DNA from: Pirellulales bacterium
GTDB taxonomy: Bacteria; Planctomycetota; Planctomycetia; Pirellulales; JAICIG01
DNA length: 64,000 bases
Direction: 5' to 3'
NCBI GenBank assembly: GCA_040901675.1
Contig: JBBDYJ010000010.1
Span: forward strand, 170,599 to 234,598
Under the pieces are notes generated by a model. It worked only from the letters and a program-made list of their open reading frames with translations, was not told the origin of the DNA and did no database searches. This document shows positions 19,501 through 28,556 of the stretch, one piece after another (the stretch's first letter is position 1; the number at the start of each line of letters is the position of its first letter). A program made the translations under genes and the position numbers.

Positions 19501-19777
19501 GTTCGTGGTCCGCGATGGCGACGTGCTGTTGCAGGGGGCCATCGACCGGCTGGTGTTGTTCAACGACGGCCAGCGGATCGTGGCGGCCCACCTGATCGAC
19601 TTCAAAACCGATCAGGTGAGCGCGGCGGGCGCCATCGAGGAAAAGCTGGAGTATTACCGGCCCCAGATAGAGGCCTACTGCCGCGCCGCCGAGAAGCTGA
19701 CCGATCTTGACCGCGCGCACATCTCGGCCTGTTTGCTGTTCGTCGGGGCGGGTATTGCCCGCACCGTCGCGCAATGA
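16574..19777 (+). CDS. AddA/RecB-like UvrD helicase-nuclease
   Basis: ASAGTGKT, LLDEFQDTS, VGDVKQAIYGWRG, MTIHQAKGLEF, YVSLTRA, GAIDRL...IDFKTD; ATGA overlap with upstream gene. Confidence 0.92.
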   Translation: MTHAMAVPQARLFAHEIIRASAGTGKTFQLSNRFIGLVCAGEPADQILAATFARKAAREIVDRVLFRLAEAALDDSKLSELALHVAGAPDRDGCLALVKQLVDRLHRLRIGTLDSLFMQMAGSHSLELGLPAGWRVVDESIEERLRVQAIQSILREDSAGELLTLMRLLSKGEITRSVTDQIAEVVRDLYLLYQDTEPAAWQAVPEPAKLGQDALGDALTCLADFGGTFDDRRFADAHASDLAQARREDWLGFVSNGLAAGMLNNGGMYSKKPIEPAVQEAYQPVIEHARAVLIGQLAGQTQATWRLLDKFDAVYRRLKFRERAVRFDDVCRILRDGLSNGRIGDVSYRLDAQAAHLLLDEFQDTSLSQWSVLRPLAELVTAKGSGRSLFCVGDVKQAIYGWRGGVSEIFEAVCDEFDGLTHRSLTQSFRSSQVVIDTVNSVFGSLAGNPAMEACPEVAGLWSDRFQPHSTAKTGLAGHVRLLVAPVGQPEQQRSATFAFAADEVARLAAQHAGRSVGVLVRKNSAVAHLIYELRARRNVPASEEGGNPLTDSPAVQLVMSLLRLADHPGDTVARFHVARSPLGGIVGLDRHDDDPLAERVSLDVRQRLLADGYARTVQGLVERLADWCDQRELNRLVQLVDLCHAYQEQATGRADDFIDYVSSRRVEEPAPAQIRVMTIHQAKGLEFDIVVLPELDVNLKGQVPRVVVERARPTAPVTRLCRYANKWVQRLLPDDWRKLFDEWPRQAVNESLCLLYVSLTRAVHSLVMIIPPKTNGKTWPKTMAGALHAALAPDRTADAEAILYERGDSKWSAGDAADGEPTIERPAVEIHTAGPIRLAEAGTRRRGLERQSPSSMQGGKRVDLARRLRLDSRATTRGSLVHAWFECVEWLDDGGPTDAVLMATARKLVTADLDLAAELAQFRRALELPAVRQALSRDPGWRGGAARFDKLGFEPHVCGELAGRPLECEVQRECPFVVRDGDVLLQGAIDRLVLFNDGQRIVAAHLIDFKTDQVSAAGAIEEKLEYYRPQIEAYCRAAEKLTDLDRAHISACLLFVGAGIARTVAQ

Positions 19778-20022
19778 CACCGCTCGCAATCCGAGCGGGC
19801 TGGGTGTCCGACTCCTCTTTTGAACGCGCTGCCTCACGCGGAGCGCGAGGGCTACGACGGACCCCATAAATGAGGTCACTACGAACATGAAACTACGAAG
19901 AGGTGGCGAGTCAGCACTGGATCAGGTTATGATGTTGGATGTCCCGCCTGGCTTGCAGCCGAAACGGAATCAACTCCGTTCTACGACGTCCCGCCTGATC
20001 CCCCTGCCGAAATAAACGCCCC

Positions 20023-23000
20023 ATGCGAACACCCGCGGCGATCGTGCTGTTGACGGCTATCGGCGCTTGCACGGCTCTGCCGGGTGCCTCGGCGGGTGAG
20101 AAAGCTGCGCGGACCACGGCCCTGCCGCCGGCGGAGGCCTTGGCCGAGCTGACGGCGCCCGACGACCTGGAGATCGAGCTGGTGCTGGCCGACCCGGTGA
20201 TCAGCCAGCCGGTGTCGTTCAATTTCGACGAACGAGGCCGGATGTGGGTCGTCGAGTACCTGCAGTACCCGCTTCCCGCCGGCCTCAAGATCCTCAGCCA
20301 GGACAAGTTTCTCCGCTCGACCTACGACAAGGTTCCGCCGCCGCCACCCAATCACTTCCGCGGCCTGGACAAGATCACGATCCATGAGGACACCGACGGC
20401 GACGGCACGTTCGACGCGCACAAGACGTTTCTCGAAGGGCTGAACATCGTGACCTCCGTGGCGCGAGGCCGCGGCGGCGTCTGGGTGCTCAACCCGCCGT
20501 ATCTGCTGTTCTACCCGGACGGGAATGGCGACGACGTTCCCGACGGCGACCCGGACGTCCACCTGAGAGGATTTGGGCTGGAAGACACGCACTCGGTGGT
20601 CAACAGCCTGCAGTGGGGTCCGGACGGCTGGCTCTACGCGGCGCAGGGGAGCACGGTATCCGGAGACGTGGTGCGGCCGGGGCTCGACAAAAAACCGGTG
20701 CATTCGCTCGGTCAGCTTATCTGGCGATATCATCCCGAGGACCGCCGCTACGAGATCTTCGCCGAGGGAGGAGGCAACGCCTTTGGTATCGAGATCGACT
20801 CGCTGGGCCGCGTTTACTCGGGTCACAACGGGGGCGACACGCGCGGCTTCCACTACGTGCAGGGAGGCTATTTCCAGAAAGGTTTCAGCAAGCACGGCCC
20901 GCTCTCGAATCCATACGCCTTCGGCTACTTTCCCGCGATGAAGCACCACACGGTGCCGCGGTTCACGCATACCTTCGTGATCTACGAAGGCGGCTTGCTG
21001 CCGGCCGGCTACCAAGGGCGGTTGTTTGCCGTGGCGCCGCTTTTGAACCACGTGGTCTACAGCAACATCGAGCCGGACGGCTCGTCGTTCAAGACGACCG
21101 ACGTGGGGCATGCCGTCACGAGCAGCGATCCCTGGTTCCGTCCGGTCGACATCAAGGTCGGGCCCGACGGTGCGCTGTACGTGGCCGACATGCACGAGCC
21201 GCAGATCGCGCACCTGAGGCATCATGAAGGCACCATCGAGAAGACAACGGGCCGCATTTACCGCTTGCGGCCCAAGGCAGGCGGTCAGGCCGGCGGCGCA
21301 AGGCCGGCCAAACCCTTCGATCTGGCCGTACTGGAGTCGGGCGAGCTTGTGGCGCTACTGGGGCATGAGAACAAATGGTTTCGGCACACGGCGCTGCGCG
21401 TGCTGGGCGACCGCCGCGACAGCGGGCTGGCGCCGGCGTTGTTGAAGCAGCTTTCGCAGGAGCAGGGACAGCTCGCGCTGGAAACGCTGTGGGCCTTGAA
21501 CTTGTGCGGCGGTTTCGACGACGCGGCGGCCTTGGCGGCGCTCGAGCACGCCAATCCATACGTCCGCGCCTGGGCGGTGCGCCTTTCGGGTGACGATGGC
21601 CATGTGTCGAGCGAGATCGCCCGGCGGCTGGCGTCGCTGGCCGCCACCGAGCCGCACGTTCACGTCCGCAGCCAACTGGCCTCGACCGCCAGGCGATTGC
21701 CGGCCGCCGAGGGCCTGCCGATCGTGAGAGAGTTGCTGGCCCGCGACGAGGACCTTGAAGACATCCATCTCCCGCTGTTGCTCTGGTGGGCCATCGAAGC
21801 CAAGGCCGACTCGGCTCGCCAGGCGGTGGTGGCCCTGTTGGACGATCGCCAGGCCTGGGAACTGCCGATGGTGAATCGGCACATCCTGCACCGGCTGATG
21901 CGGCGGTATGCGCAAGCCGGCAGTCGCCAAGATTTGCTCACCTGCGCGGCGCTATTGCGTTTGTCGCCCGCTGAGCCGAAAAGCCAGGAGCTGATGCGCG
22001 GATTCGAACAGGCCTTCCAGGGACGCCCGCTGTCGGGGCTGCCTGACGAGCTGGTCGCTGCCATGGCCGGGCTGAGCGGGCATTCCGTGGCCTTGGGCTT
22101 GCGGCAAGGCAAGCCGGAGGCCATCGAGAAGGCGCTGGCCGTGATTGCCGACGACAAGGCCGACAGCCTCGAACGGCTGGAGTATATCCAGACCTTCGGC
22201 CAGATCGGCCGCCCGGAGTGCGTGGGCGTGCTGGTGGAAGTGATCCGCCAATCGCCGGACGACGCCCTGCGGATGGCCGCCTTGACGGCGCTGCAGCCCT
22301 ACGCGGAAGCACCGGCCGGCGAAGCGGTGCTCGAGCTCTATGCCTCATTTACCGACGAGGTACGCGTGGCGGCTCAATTGCTGCTGGCCAGCCGGCGGCC
22401 ATGGTCGCTGGAGTTGCTGACGGCCGTGGACGCCGGCCGCATCGACCCCAAGTCGATTCCGCTCGAGACGGTCCGCAAGTTGACGGTGCATCGGGACGAA
22501 CAGATCGGCCAGCTCGTCGCCAAGCATTGGGGCACGGTGGAGGGCGCGACGACCAGCGAGATGCAGCAGGAGATCGCGCGGCTGCTGGAAGTGGTGGGGA
22601 CTGGTTCGGGCAGTCCCTACGAGGGGAAGAAGCTGTACACGGCCTCCTGCGGCAAGTGCCACCGGTTGTTCGAACAGGGAGGCGAGATCGGTCCGGATCT
22701 GACCGGCTACAAGCGGGACGAGGTGGCCAACATGCTGACCCACATCATCAACCCCAGCGCCGAGATCCGCGAGGGGTTCGAGAGCTTCCAGGTCCAAACC
22801 GACGATGGGCGGGTGGTGAGCGGTTTTTTGGTCGACCGCGACAACCAGGTGGTGGTATTGCGGGGCGCGGATGGGCAAAATGTAACGTTGGCACAAGACC
22901 AGATCGACCAGATGGCTGCCGAGCAAAAATCGCTGATGCCCGAGGGTCTGCTCCGCGATCTGAACGACCAGCAGGTGCGCGACTTGCTGGCGTATCTGCG

Positions 23001-23025
23001 CAGCAGCCAGCCGCTGAACGATTAG
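20023..23025 (+). CDS. PVC-type heme-binding CxxCH protein (beta-propeller dehydrogenase-like + HEAT repeats + cytochrome c)
   Basis: Signal peptide, FDERGRMWVVE, WGPDGWLY, FRPVDIKVGPDGALYVAD, CGKCH, GPDLTG, SLMPEGL. Confidence 0.9.
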   Translation: MRTPAAIVLLTAIGACTALPGASAGEKAARTTALPPAEALAELTAPDDLEIELVLADPVISQPVSFNFDERGRMWVVEYLQYPLPAGLKILSQDKFLRSTYDKVPPPPPNHFRGLDKITIHEDTDGDGTFDAHKTFLEGLNIVTSVARGRGGVWVLNPPYLLFYPDGNGDDVPDGDPDVHLRGFGLEDTHSVVNSLQWGPDGWLYAAQGSTVSGDVVRPGLDKKPVHSLGQLIWRYHPEDRRYEIFAEGGGNAFGIEIDSLGRVYSGHNGGDTRGFHYVQGGYFQKGFSKHGPLSNPYAFGYFPAMKHHTVPRFTHTFVIYEGGLLPAGYQGRLFAVAPLLNHVVYSNIEPDGSSFKTTDVGHAVTSSDPWFRPVDIKVGPDGALYVADMHEPQIAHLRHHEGTIEKTTGRIYRLRPKAGGQAGGARPAKPFDLAVLESGELVALLGHENKWFRHTALRVLGDRRDSGLAPALLKQLSQEQGQLALETLWALNLCGGFDDAAALAALEHANPYVRAWAVRLSGDDGHVSSEIARRLASLAATEPHVHVRSQLASTARRLPAAEGLPIVRELLARDEDLEDIHLPLLLWWAIEAKADSARQAVVALLDDRQAWELPMVNRHILHRLMRRYAQAGSRQDLLTCAALLRLSPAEPKSQELMRGFEQAFQGRPLSGLPDELVAAMAGLSGHSVALGLRQGKPEAIEKALAVIADDKADSLERLEYIQTFGQIGRPECVGVLVEVIRQSPDDALRMAALTALQPYAEAPAGEAVLELYASFTDEVRVAAQLLLASRRPWSLELLTAVDAGRIDPKSIPLETVRKLTVHRDEQIGQLVAKHWGTVEGATTSEMQQEIARLLEVVGTGSGSPYEGKKLYTASCGKCHRLFEQGGEIGPDLTGYKRDEVANMLTHIINPSAEIREGFESFQVQTDDGRVVSGFLVDRDNQVVVLRGADGQNVTLAQDQIDQMAAEQKSLMPEGLLRDLNDQQVRDLLAYLRSSQPLND

Positions 23026-23077
23026 AGCGAGAATCCTTCCAAGTTCACGAAGGCCCGAATCATCGAGGCATGTTGTT

Positions 23078-26000
23078 ATGACGCCCGGCCAGGTTTTTCG
23101 ACCATCGCGGCGGCTTCGGCGGAGAATATGGGTTGGCTTGCCCGGCATTGCGATCGCCCTGCTGGGGGCCGGCCGCGGATTGGCCGAAGAGCCGCTCCCG
23201 GGGGCAGCGCCGGCCGCGGGCGCGATCCGCTTCAATCGCGACATCCTGCCGATCCTCTCGGACACGTGCTTCGCCTGTCACGGTCCCGACGAGAACAAGC
23301 GCGAGAGCGACCTGCGGCTCGACAACCACGAAGGGGCGCTGGCCGACCTGGGAGGCCGGGCGGGAATCGTGCCCGGCAAGCCGGACGAAAGCGAAGTCTT
23401 CCTGCGGATCACCGAGGCCGACCCTTCGATGCGGATGCCGCCGGCCGAGAGCGGCAAAACGCTCAGCGAGCACCAGATCGAGCGCATCCGCCGCTGGATC
23501 GAAGAGGGTGCGGACTGGCAGGAGCATTGGTCGTACACCCCGCTGGAGCGGCCGGAGCTGCCGGCAGTCAGCGACGAAAGCCTGGTGGCCAATCCGATCG
23601 ACCGCTTCGTGCTGGCCAGGCTCGACGAGCTGGGGATGCGGCCATCCGCGTCGGCCGACCGGGTCACGTTGGTCCGCCGGCTTTACTTTGATCTGGTGGG
23701 GCTGCCGCCGACGCCCGAGCAGGTGTCGGCCTTTGTCAACGATCCGACACCCGATGCCTACGAGCGGCTGGCCGACTCGCTGCTGGCCTCGCCGCACTAC
23801 GGCGAGCGGATGGCCATGTACTGGCTCGACCTGGTGCGATACGCCGACACCACGGGCATCCATGGCGACAACCACCGCGACGTGGCGCCCTACCGCGATT
23901 ACGTGATCGCCGCGTTCAACGAGAACAAGCCGTTCGACCGGTTCGCCGTGGAGCAACTGGCCGGCGACCTGCTGCCCGAGGCCACCTTGGCGCAAAAGGT
24001 GGCCTCCGGCTACAACCGGATGAACATGACGACCGCGGAGGGAGGCGCCCAGGCCAAGGAGTACATTGCCAAGTACGCGGCCGACCGGGTGCGAAACGCC
24101 TCGACCGTCTGGCTGGGCGTCACGCTGGGCTGCGCCGAATGCCACGACCACAAGTTCGATCCGTTTTTGACGCGCGACTTTTACAGCTTCGCGGCCTTCT
24201 TTGCCGACGTGCAGGAACAGGCAGTCGCCTTGCCCGGCCCGCCGGTTCCCGTGCCGGCCCCGCACCAGGCTGCCGAGCTGAAACAGCTCGACGATGAGCT
24301 GGCCGCGCTCAAGAACACGCTCAACACCCAGACGCCGGAGCTCGACTCGGCCCAGGCCGCCTGGGAAGCCGGTGCATTGGAAAAGACCGGCCGGCTTCCG
24401 ACGCTTGCGGCCTGGCACGCGGTCGGACCTTTCATGGCGGGGAGCCTGGACGAAGCGTTCGACACGGCCTACGAGCCGGAAGGCAAGGTCGACCTTGCTC
24501 AGACGTACCGCGAGGGTAAGCTCAAATGGACGCCCCAGCCGGATTGGGCGGATGGCCAGATCCATAAGCTGTCGGGCAACAACGCGGCGACTTATCTCTA
24601 TCGAACGGTGCTGGCCAGCCGCCCGATGCAGGCGGAGTTGTCGCTGGGCAGCGACGACAGCCTCAAGGTCTGGCTCAATGGTCAGGAGATGTTTGCCCGC
24701 CGGGTGGCCCGCGCCGCGGCCCCCGACCAGGAAAAGGTGGTGGTCAATCTTGTCGAAGGGGACAACCGCCTGTTGATCAAGGTGGTCAACGGCGGCGGTG
24801 AGTCGGCTTTTTACTTCGGCACGGAACAGTCGGGCCTACCCATCGACGTGGCCCGCAACCTCGGCACGCCGGTCGACAAGCGCAGCGAAGAGCAGGCCGC
24901 CCAACTGGCGAGCTATCACCGCGGCATTGCCCCATTGCTCGATCCGGTGCGCGCCCAGGTCGCGGAGTTGGAGAAGAGCCGGGCAGCGCTGGACGCCCTG
25001 ATCCCGCGGACGCTGGTTTCGATGTCGGTCGAGCCCAGGGTGGTGCGGATCCTGCCGCGTGGCAACTGGCTGGATGAATCGGGTGAGATCGTGACTCCGG
25101 CCGTGCCGGCGTTCTTAAAGCCGCTGGAAGTCGAGGGGCGGCGTGCGAACCGGCTCGACCTGGCCGGCTGGCTGGTCTCGCGCGACAACCCACTCACGGC
25201 GCGGGGCTTCGTCAACCGGCTGTGGAAGCTGGCCTTCGGCCGGGGGCTGGCCATGCCGCTTGACGATCTCGGGGCCCAGGGCACCTGGCCGACGCATCTG
25301 GAGCTGTTGGATTGGCTGGCCGCCGAGTTCGCCGACGGCGGCTGGGACGTCAAGCAGATGGTCAAGCTGATCGTGATGTCGAACACTTACCGGCAGACTT
25401 CGGCGGCGTCGGCCGAGGTTCGTCAGCGCGATCCGTACAACCTGTACCTGGCGCGGCAGTCGCGGTTCCGGCTGGATGCCGAGCAGGTGCGCGACAACGC
25501 GCTGGCCATCAGCGGCCTGTTGGTGCCGGCGGTCGGCGGGCCGAGCGTCAAGCCGTACCAGCCGGCTGGATACTGGGGCCACCTGAACTTTCCCGTGCGC
25601 GAATACGAGCCGGGCCACGGCGCCCAGCTCTATCGCCGCGGCTTGTACACCTACTGGTGCCGCACGTTTTTGCACCCCAGCCTGCTGGCCTTCGACGCGC
25701 CCAGCCGCGAGGAGTGTACCGCCGACCGGAACCGGTCGAACACGCCGCTGCAGGCCCTGGTGCTGCTGAACGACCCGACCTATGTCGAGGCGGCCCGCGT
25801 GTTCGCCGAGCAGATCGTCCGGGCGGGCGGTTCGAGCACGGCCGACCGCGTGGCCTGGGCGGTGCGGCGAGCCCTGGCACGCGAGCCGCGGCCGGAGGAG
25901 CTGGCGGTGCTCGAACGGCTGTATCAAGAGCACCAGCTTCAGTACGCCGCCGACCGGGCGGCGGCCGAAAAACTCGTCGACGTGGGCGAGTGGCCGGTGC

Positions 26001-26089
26001 CCAAGGACCTCGACGCGTCGGAGCTGGCGGCCTGGACCTCGGTGGCCCGGGCCATCCTGAACCTGCACGAGACCATTACCCGCTATTGA
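23078..26089 (+). CDS. Planctomycete cytochrome c + DUF1549 + DUF1553 (PSD1) protein
   Basis: FNRDILPILSDTCFACHG, NPIDRF, WLDLVRYADT, CAECHDHKFDP, TPLQALVLLN; start codon approximate. Confidence 0.92.
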   Translation: MTPGQVFRPSRRLRRRIWVGLPGIAIALLGAGRGLAEEPLPGAAPAAGAIRFNRDILPILSDTCFACHGPDENKRESDLRLDNHEGALADLGGRAGIVPGKPDESEVFLRITEADPSMRMPPAESGKTLSEHQIERIRRWIEEGADWQEHWSYTPLERPELPAVSDESLVANPIDRFVLARLDELGMRPSASADRVTLVRRLYFDLVGLPPTPEQVSAFVNDPTPDAYERLADSLLASPHYGERMAMYWLDLVRYADTTGIHGDNHRDVAPYRDYVIAAFNENKPFDRFAVEQLAGDLLPEATLAQKVASGYNRMNMTTAEGGAQAKEYIAKYAADRVRNASTVWLGVTLGCAECHDHKFDPFLTRDFYSFAAFFADVQEQAVALPGPPVPVPAPHQAAELKQLDDELAALKNTLNTQTPELDSAQAAWEAGALEKTGRLPTLAAWHAVGPFMAGSLDEAFDTAYEPEGKVDLAQTYREGKLKWTPQPDWADGQIHKLSGNNAATYLYRTVLASRPMQAELSLGSDDSLKVWLNGQEMFARRVARAAAPDQEKVVVNLVEGDNRLLIKVVNGGGESAFYFGTEQSGLPIDVARNLGTPVDKRSEEQAAQLASYHRGIAPLLDPVRAQVAELEKSRAALDALIPRTLVSMSVEPRVVRILPRGNWLDESGEIVTPAVPAFLKPLEVEGRRANRLDLAGWLVSRDNPLTARGFVNRLWKLAFGRGLAMPLDDLGAQGTWPTHLELLDWLAAEFADGGWDVKQMVKLIVMSNTYRQTSAASAEVRQRDPYNLYLARQSRFRLDAEQVRDNALAISGLLVPAVGGPSVKPYQPAGYWGHLNFPVREYEPGHGAQLYRRGLYTYWCRTFLHPSLLAFDAPSREECTADRNRSNTPLQALVLLNDPTYVEAARVFAEQIVRAGGSSTADRVAWAVRRALAREPRPEELAVLERLYQEHQLQYAADRAAAEKLVDVGEWPVPKDLDASELAAWTSVARAILNLHETITRY

Positions 26090-26097
26090 GGGTTGTC

Positions 26098-27555
26098 ATG
26101 TTGAATTCATACGGTGTGAATCGGAGCAAGCTGGAAGAACTGCTCAAGCGGCGGGCGTTCTTGGGGCGGGCGGCCGCCGGGCTGGGATCGCTGGCGCTGG
26201 CCTCGCTGGTCGACCGGCGCGTGCTGGGCGCGGCCGGTGAGACGGCGGCAACGGGCGATGTCTGGCGCGGCGTAGTCGATCCGCTGCACTTTGCTCCCCG
26301 GGCCAAGCGGGTGATTTATCTTTACATGGCGGGCGGGCCATCGCACCTGGAAACGTTCGACTACAAGCCCAAGCTGGCCGAGATGAACGGCGAGCCGATG
26401 CCCGAGTCGGTCACCCAGGGCCAACCGATCGCGCAGCTCCAGGGCGCCAAGTTGACCTGCCTGGCGCCGCAGCACGCGTTTGCCAGGTTCGGCAAGTCGG
26501 GGCAGGAAATCTCGACCGTGTTCCCGCGCCTGGGCGGCGTGGCCGACGAGATGTGCATCGTGCGGTCGCTGCACACCGAGGCGATCAACCACGACCCGGC
26601 CCACACCTTCATGAACACCGGCACGACGATCTCGGGCCGGCCTTCGATCGGCTCGTGGCTGCTGTATGGCCTGGGGAGCGACACCGAGAACCTGCCCGGC
26701 TTCGTGGTGCTGACGTCGCTGGGCAAGTTCGGGCAGGCGCAGCCGATCGCCGCCCGCATGTGGCACAGCGGCTTTTTGCCCAGCCGTTTCCAGGGCGTCG
26801 AGTTCCGATCGAAGGGCGACGCCGTCTTGTACCTGGGCAACCCCGACGGCGTGAGCGCCCAGCGCCAGCGCGACGTGGTCGATGCGGTCGAGTCGCTGAA
26901 TAAGGCGCATGCCGAGGTGGTCGACGACCCAGAGATCGCCACGCGGATCAGCCAGTACGAAATGGCTTTCAAGATGCAGGCCAGCGTGCCGGGGTTGATG
27001 GACGTCTCCGACGAGCCGGCGCACACCCTCGACCTTTACGGCACGCAGGGGGCCGACGGCTCGTTCGGCGCCAACTGCCTCTTGGCCCGGCGGCTGGCCG
27101 AGCGGGGCGTGCGCTTCATCCAGCTCTATCACCGCGACTGGGACCACCACGGCGCCGTCAAGGATCACGTGGCCGGCACCGCAGCCGAGGTCGACCAGGG
27201 GGCGGCGGCCTTGATCACCGACCTCAAGCAGCGGGGGATGCTCGACGAGACGTTGATCGTCTATGGGGGCGAGTTCGGCCGCACGCCGATGGCCCAGGGG
27301 AACGGCCGCGACCATCACATCAAGGGTTTTTCGATGTGGCTGGCCGGCGGCGGCATCCAGGGGGGCACGACCTACGGCGGCACGGACGAGTTGGGCTATC
27401 ATGCCGTGGACAACCCGGTGCACGTGAACGACCTGCACGCCACGATCCTGCACCAGTTAGGCATCGACCACACGCGGCTCACGTATCGTTTCCAGGGCCG
27501 CGACTTCCGCCTCACCGACGTGGCCGGCGAAGTGGTGCGGGCCATTCTGGCCTAG
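26098..27555 (+). CDS. DUF1501 family (sulfatase-like) protein with Tat motif
   Basis: KRRAFLG, MAGGPSHLETFDYKP, CLLARRLAERGVRF, GEFGRTP, GRDHH, RLTDVAG. Confidence 0.93.
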   Translation: MLNSYGVNRSKLEELLKRRAFLGRAAAGLGSLALASLVDRRVLGAAGETAATGDVWRGVVDPLHFAPRAKRVIYLYMAGGPSHLETFDYKPKLAEMNGEPMPESVTQGQPIAQLQGAKLTCLAPQHAFARFGKSGQEISTVFPRLGGVADEMCIVRSLHTEAINHDPAHTFMNTGTTISGRPSIGSWLLYGLGSDTENLPGFVVLTSLGKFGQAQPIAARMWHSGFLPSRFQGVEFRSKGDAVLYLGNPDGVSAQRQRDVVDAVESLNKAHAEVVDDPEIATRISQYEMAFKMQASVPGLMDVSDEPAHTLDLYGTQGADGSFGANCLLARRLAERGVRFIQLYHRDWDHHGAVKDHVAGTAAEVDQGAAALITDLKQRGMLDETLIVYGGEFGRTPMAQGNGRDHHIKGFSMWLAGGGIQGGTTYGGTDELGYHAVDNPVHVNDLHATILHQLGIDHTRLTYRFQGRDFRLTDVAGEVVRAILA

Positions 27556-27608
27556 CGTAGAACGACGGCCAGAAAAGGCCGTATCCAGCAGTGGACGATT
27601 CTACAACA

Positions 27609-27637
27609 AATGGAGATCACAGATTGTGATCTCCATT
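27609..27637. terminator. Perfect 13-bp hairpin between convergent genes
   Basis: aatggagatcaca-gat-tgtgatctccatt. Confidence 0.6.
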
Positions 27638-27675
27638 CAGACGGAGCACCAAATGCCCCCCCTCAAGAGGCTCAT

Positions 27676-28140
27676 CTAAGGATAAGTGCTCGGATCTTCG
27701 ACCTGCAGACTTGCCAGTAGCGCGGCCGCATTTAGCTCTTTATCGGAGGAAATCACCGTAAGCGGATCGAGTGACATTCCCTTTCGGAGGTCAGTCAACT
27801 CCAGCGCCGCGGCAAGTTGAACAGCGTCATACGCGCGCAGTCCGTGTGACTCTGCAAGAGCCATTGCATCGGATAGGAGGTCGTTGGTTATTTCAACCGT
27901 CTGATATTGGTTCGCGAAGTCATGACGGAACTGAGTGACGGCAGCCAAGGCGATTGGAAGTGGTATTGTGCCGCCGCGTGCTCGCCGGCAAATCGCCGCC
28001 ACCACCTCAACGCCAGTAATCATTGCCAGGTAGACTTGATTGCCACCCGCTGGATCAACATGGCTGAGCACCCGGGTAGTGCCAGCTTCGCTGAGGTAGC
28101 GTTTGACTATAGCGCTACTATCGAAGAAAAAGGCGGCCAC
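27676..28140 (-). CDS. vapC: PIN-domain toxin, VapC family
   Basis: FFDSSAIVKRY, LRAYDAVQLAAA, SSDKEL acidic PIN motifs; GTG start directly after antitoxin stop. Confidence 0.88.
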   Translation of the reverse strand: MAAFFFDSSAIVKRYLSEAGTTRVLSHVDPAGGNQVYLAMITGVEVVAAICRRARGGTIPLPIALAAVTQFRHDFANQYQTVEITNDLLSDAMALAESHGLRAYDAVQLAAALELTDLRKGMSLDPLTVISSDKELNAAALLASLQVEDPSTYP

Positions 28141-28416
28141 TTACCGCCGCTCCTCGATGATGGTTTCGGACACCGGCTTGCCTTCGAATTCAAAAGGCCT
28201 GCGGTGCCTGTAGGGTTCCAGATCCCGGACAGGCGGCTTGACCTCTTTGAGCAATCCAACCTCAACCAAGCGCCGGTGGAACTCTTCTTCAGGCGAACGC
28301 GGCGGCTCAAGCGGTTGTGCAGATAGTTGCTCGTCGAGAAGGGTCCGGATGCGCCGTTGGTCCTCGGGTGGAAGCGCACGCACTTCGTCCAGCAGTTTTT
28401 CGAGGTCGCTCGCCAT
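28141..28416 (-). CDS. Putative antitoxin of the VapC toxin
   Basis: 91 aa, directly upstream of vapC, C-terminal GKPVSETIIEERR. Confidence 0.75.
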   Translation of the reverse strand: MASDLEKLLDEVRALPPEDQRRIRTLLDEQLSAQPLEPPRSPEEEFHRRLVEVGLLKEVKPPVRDLEPYRHRRPFEFEGKPVSETIIEERR

Positions 28417-28556
28417 TGCGGCTCCTTGCAGTTTACGGTCTAAGAGAATTCTATCGCAAGAATGCCCGGACGGCCAACCTCAATATCGGATCAGAAGCCA
28501 GCCCGCTCGCCTCGGTTGCACCATACCCGTTGCGGCGAGGCTCGCCGCCGGTCGCG

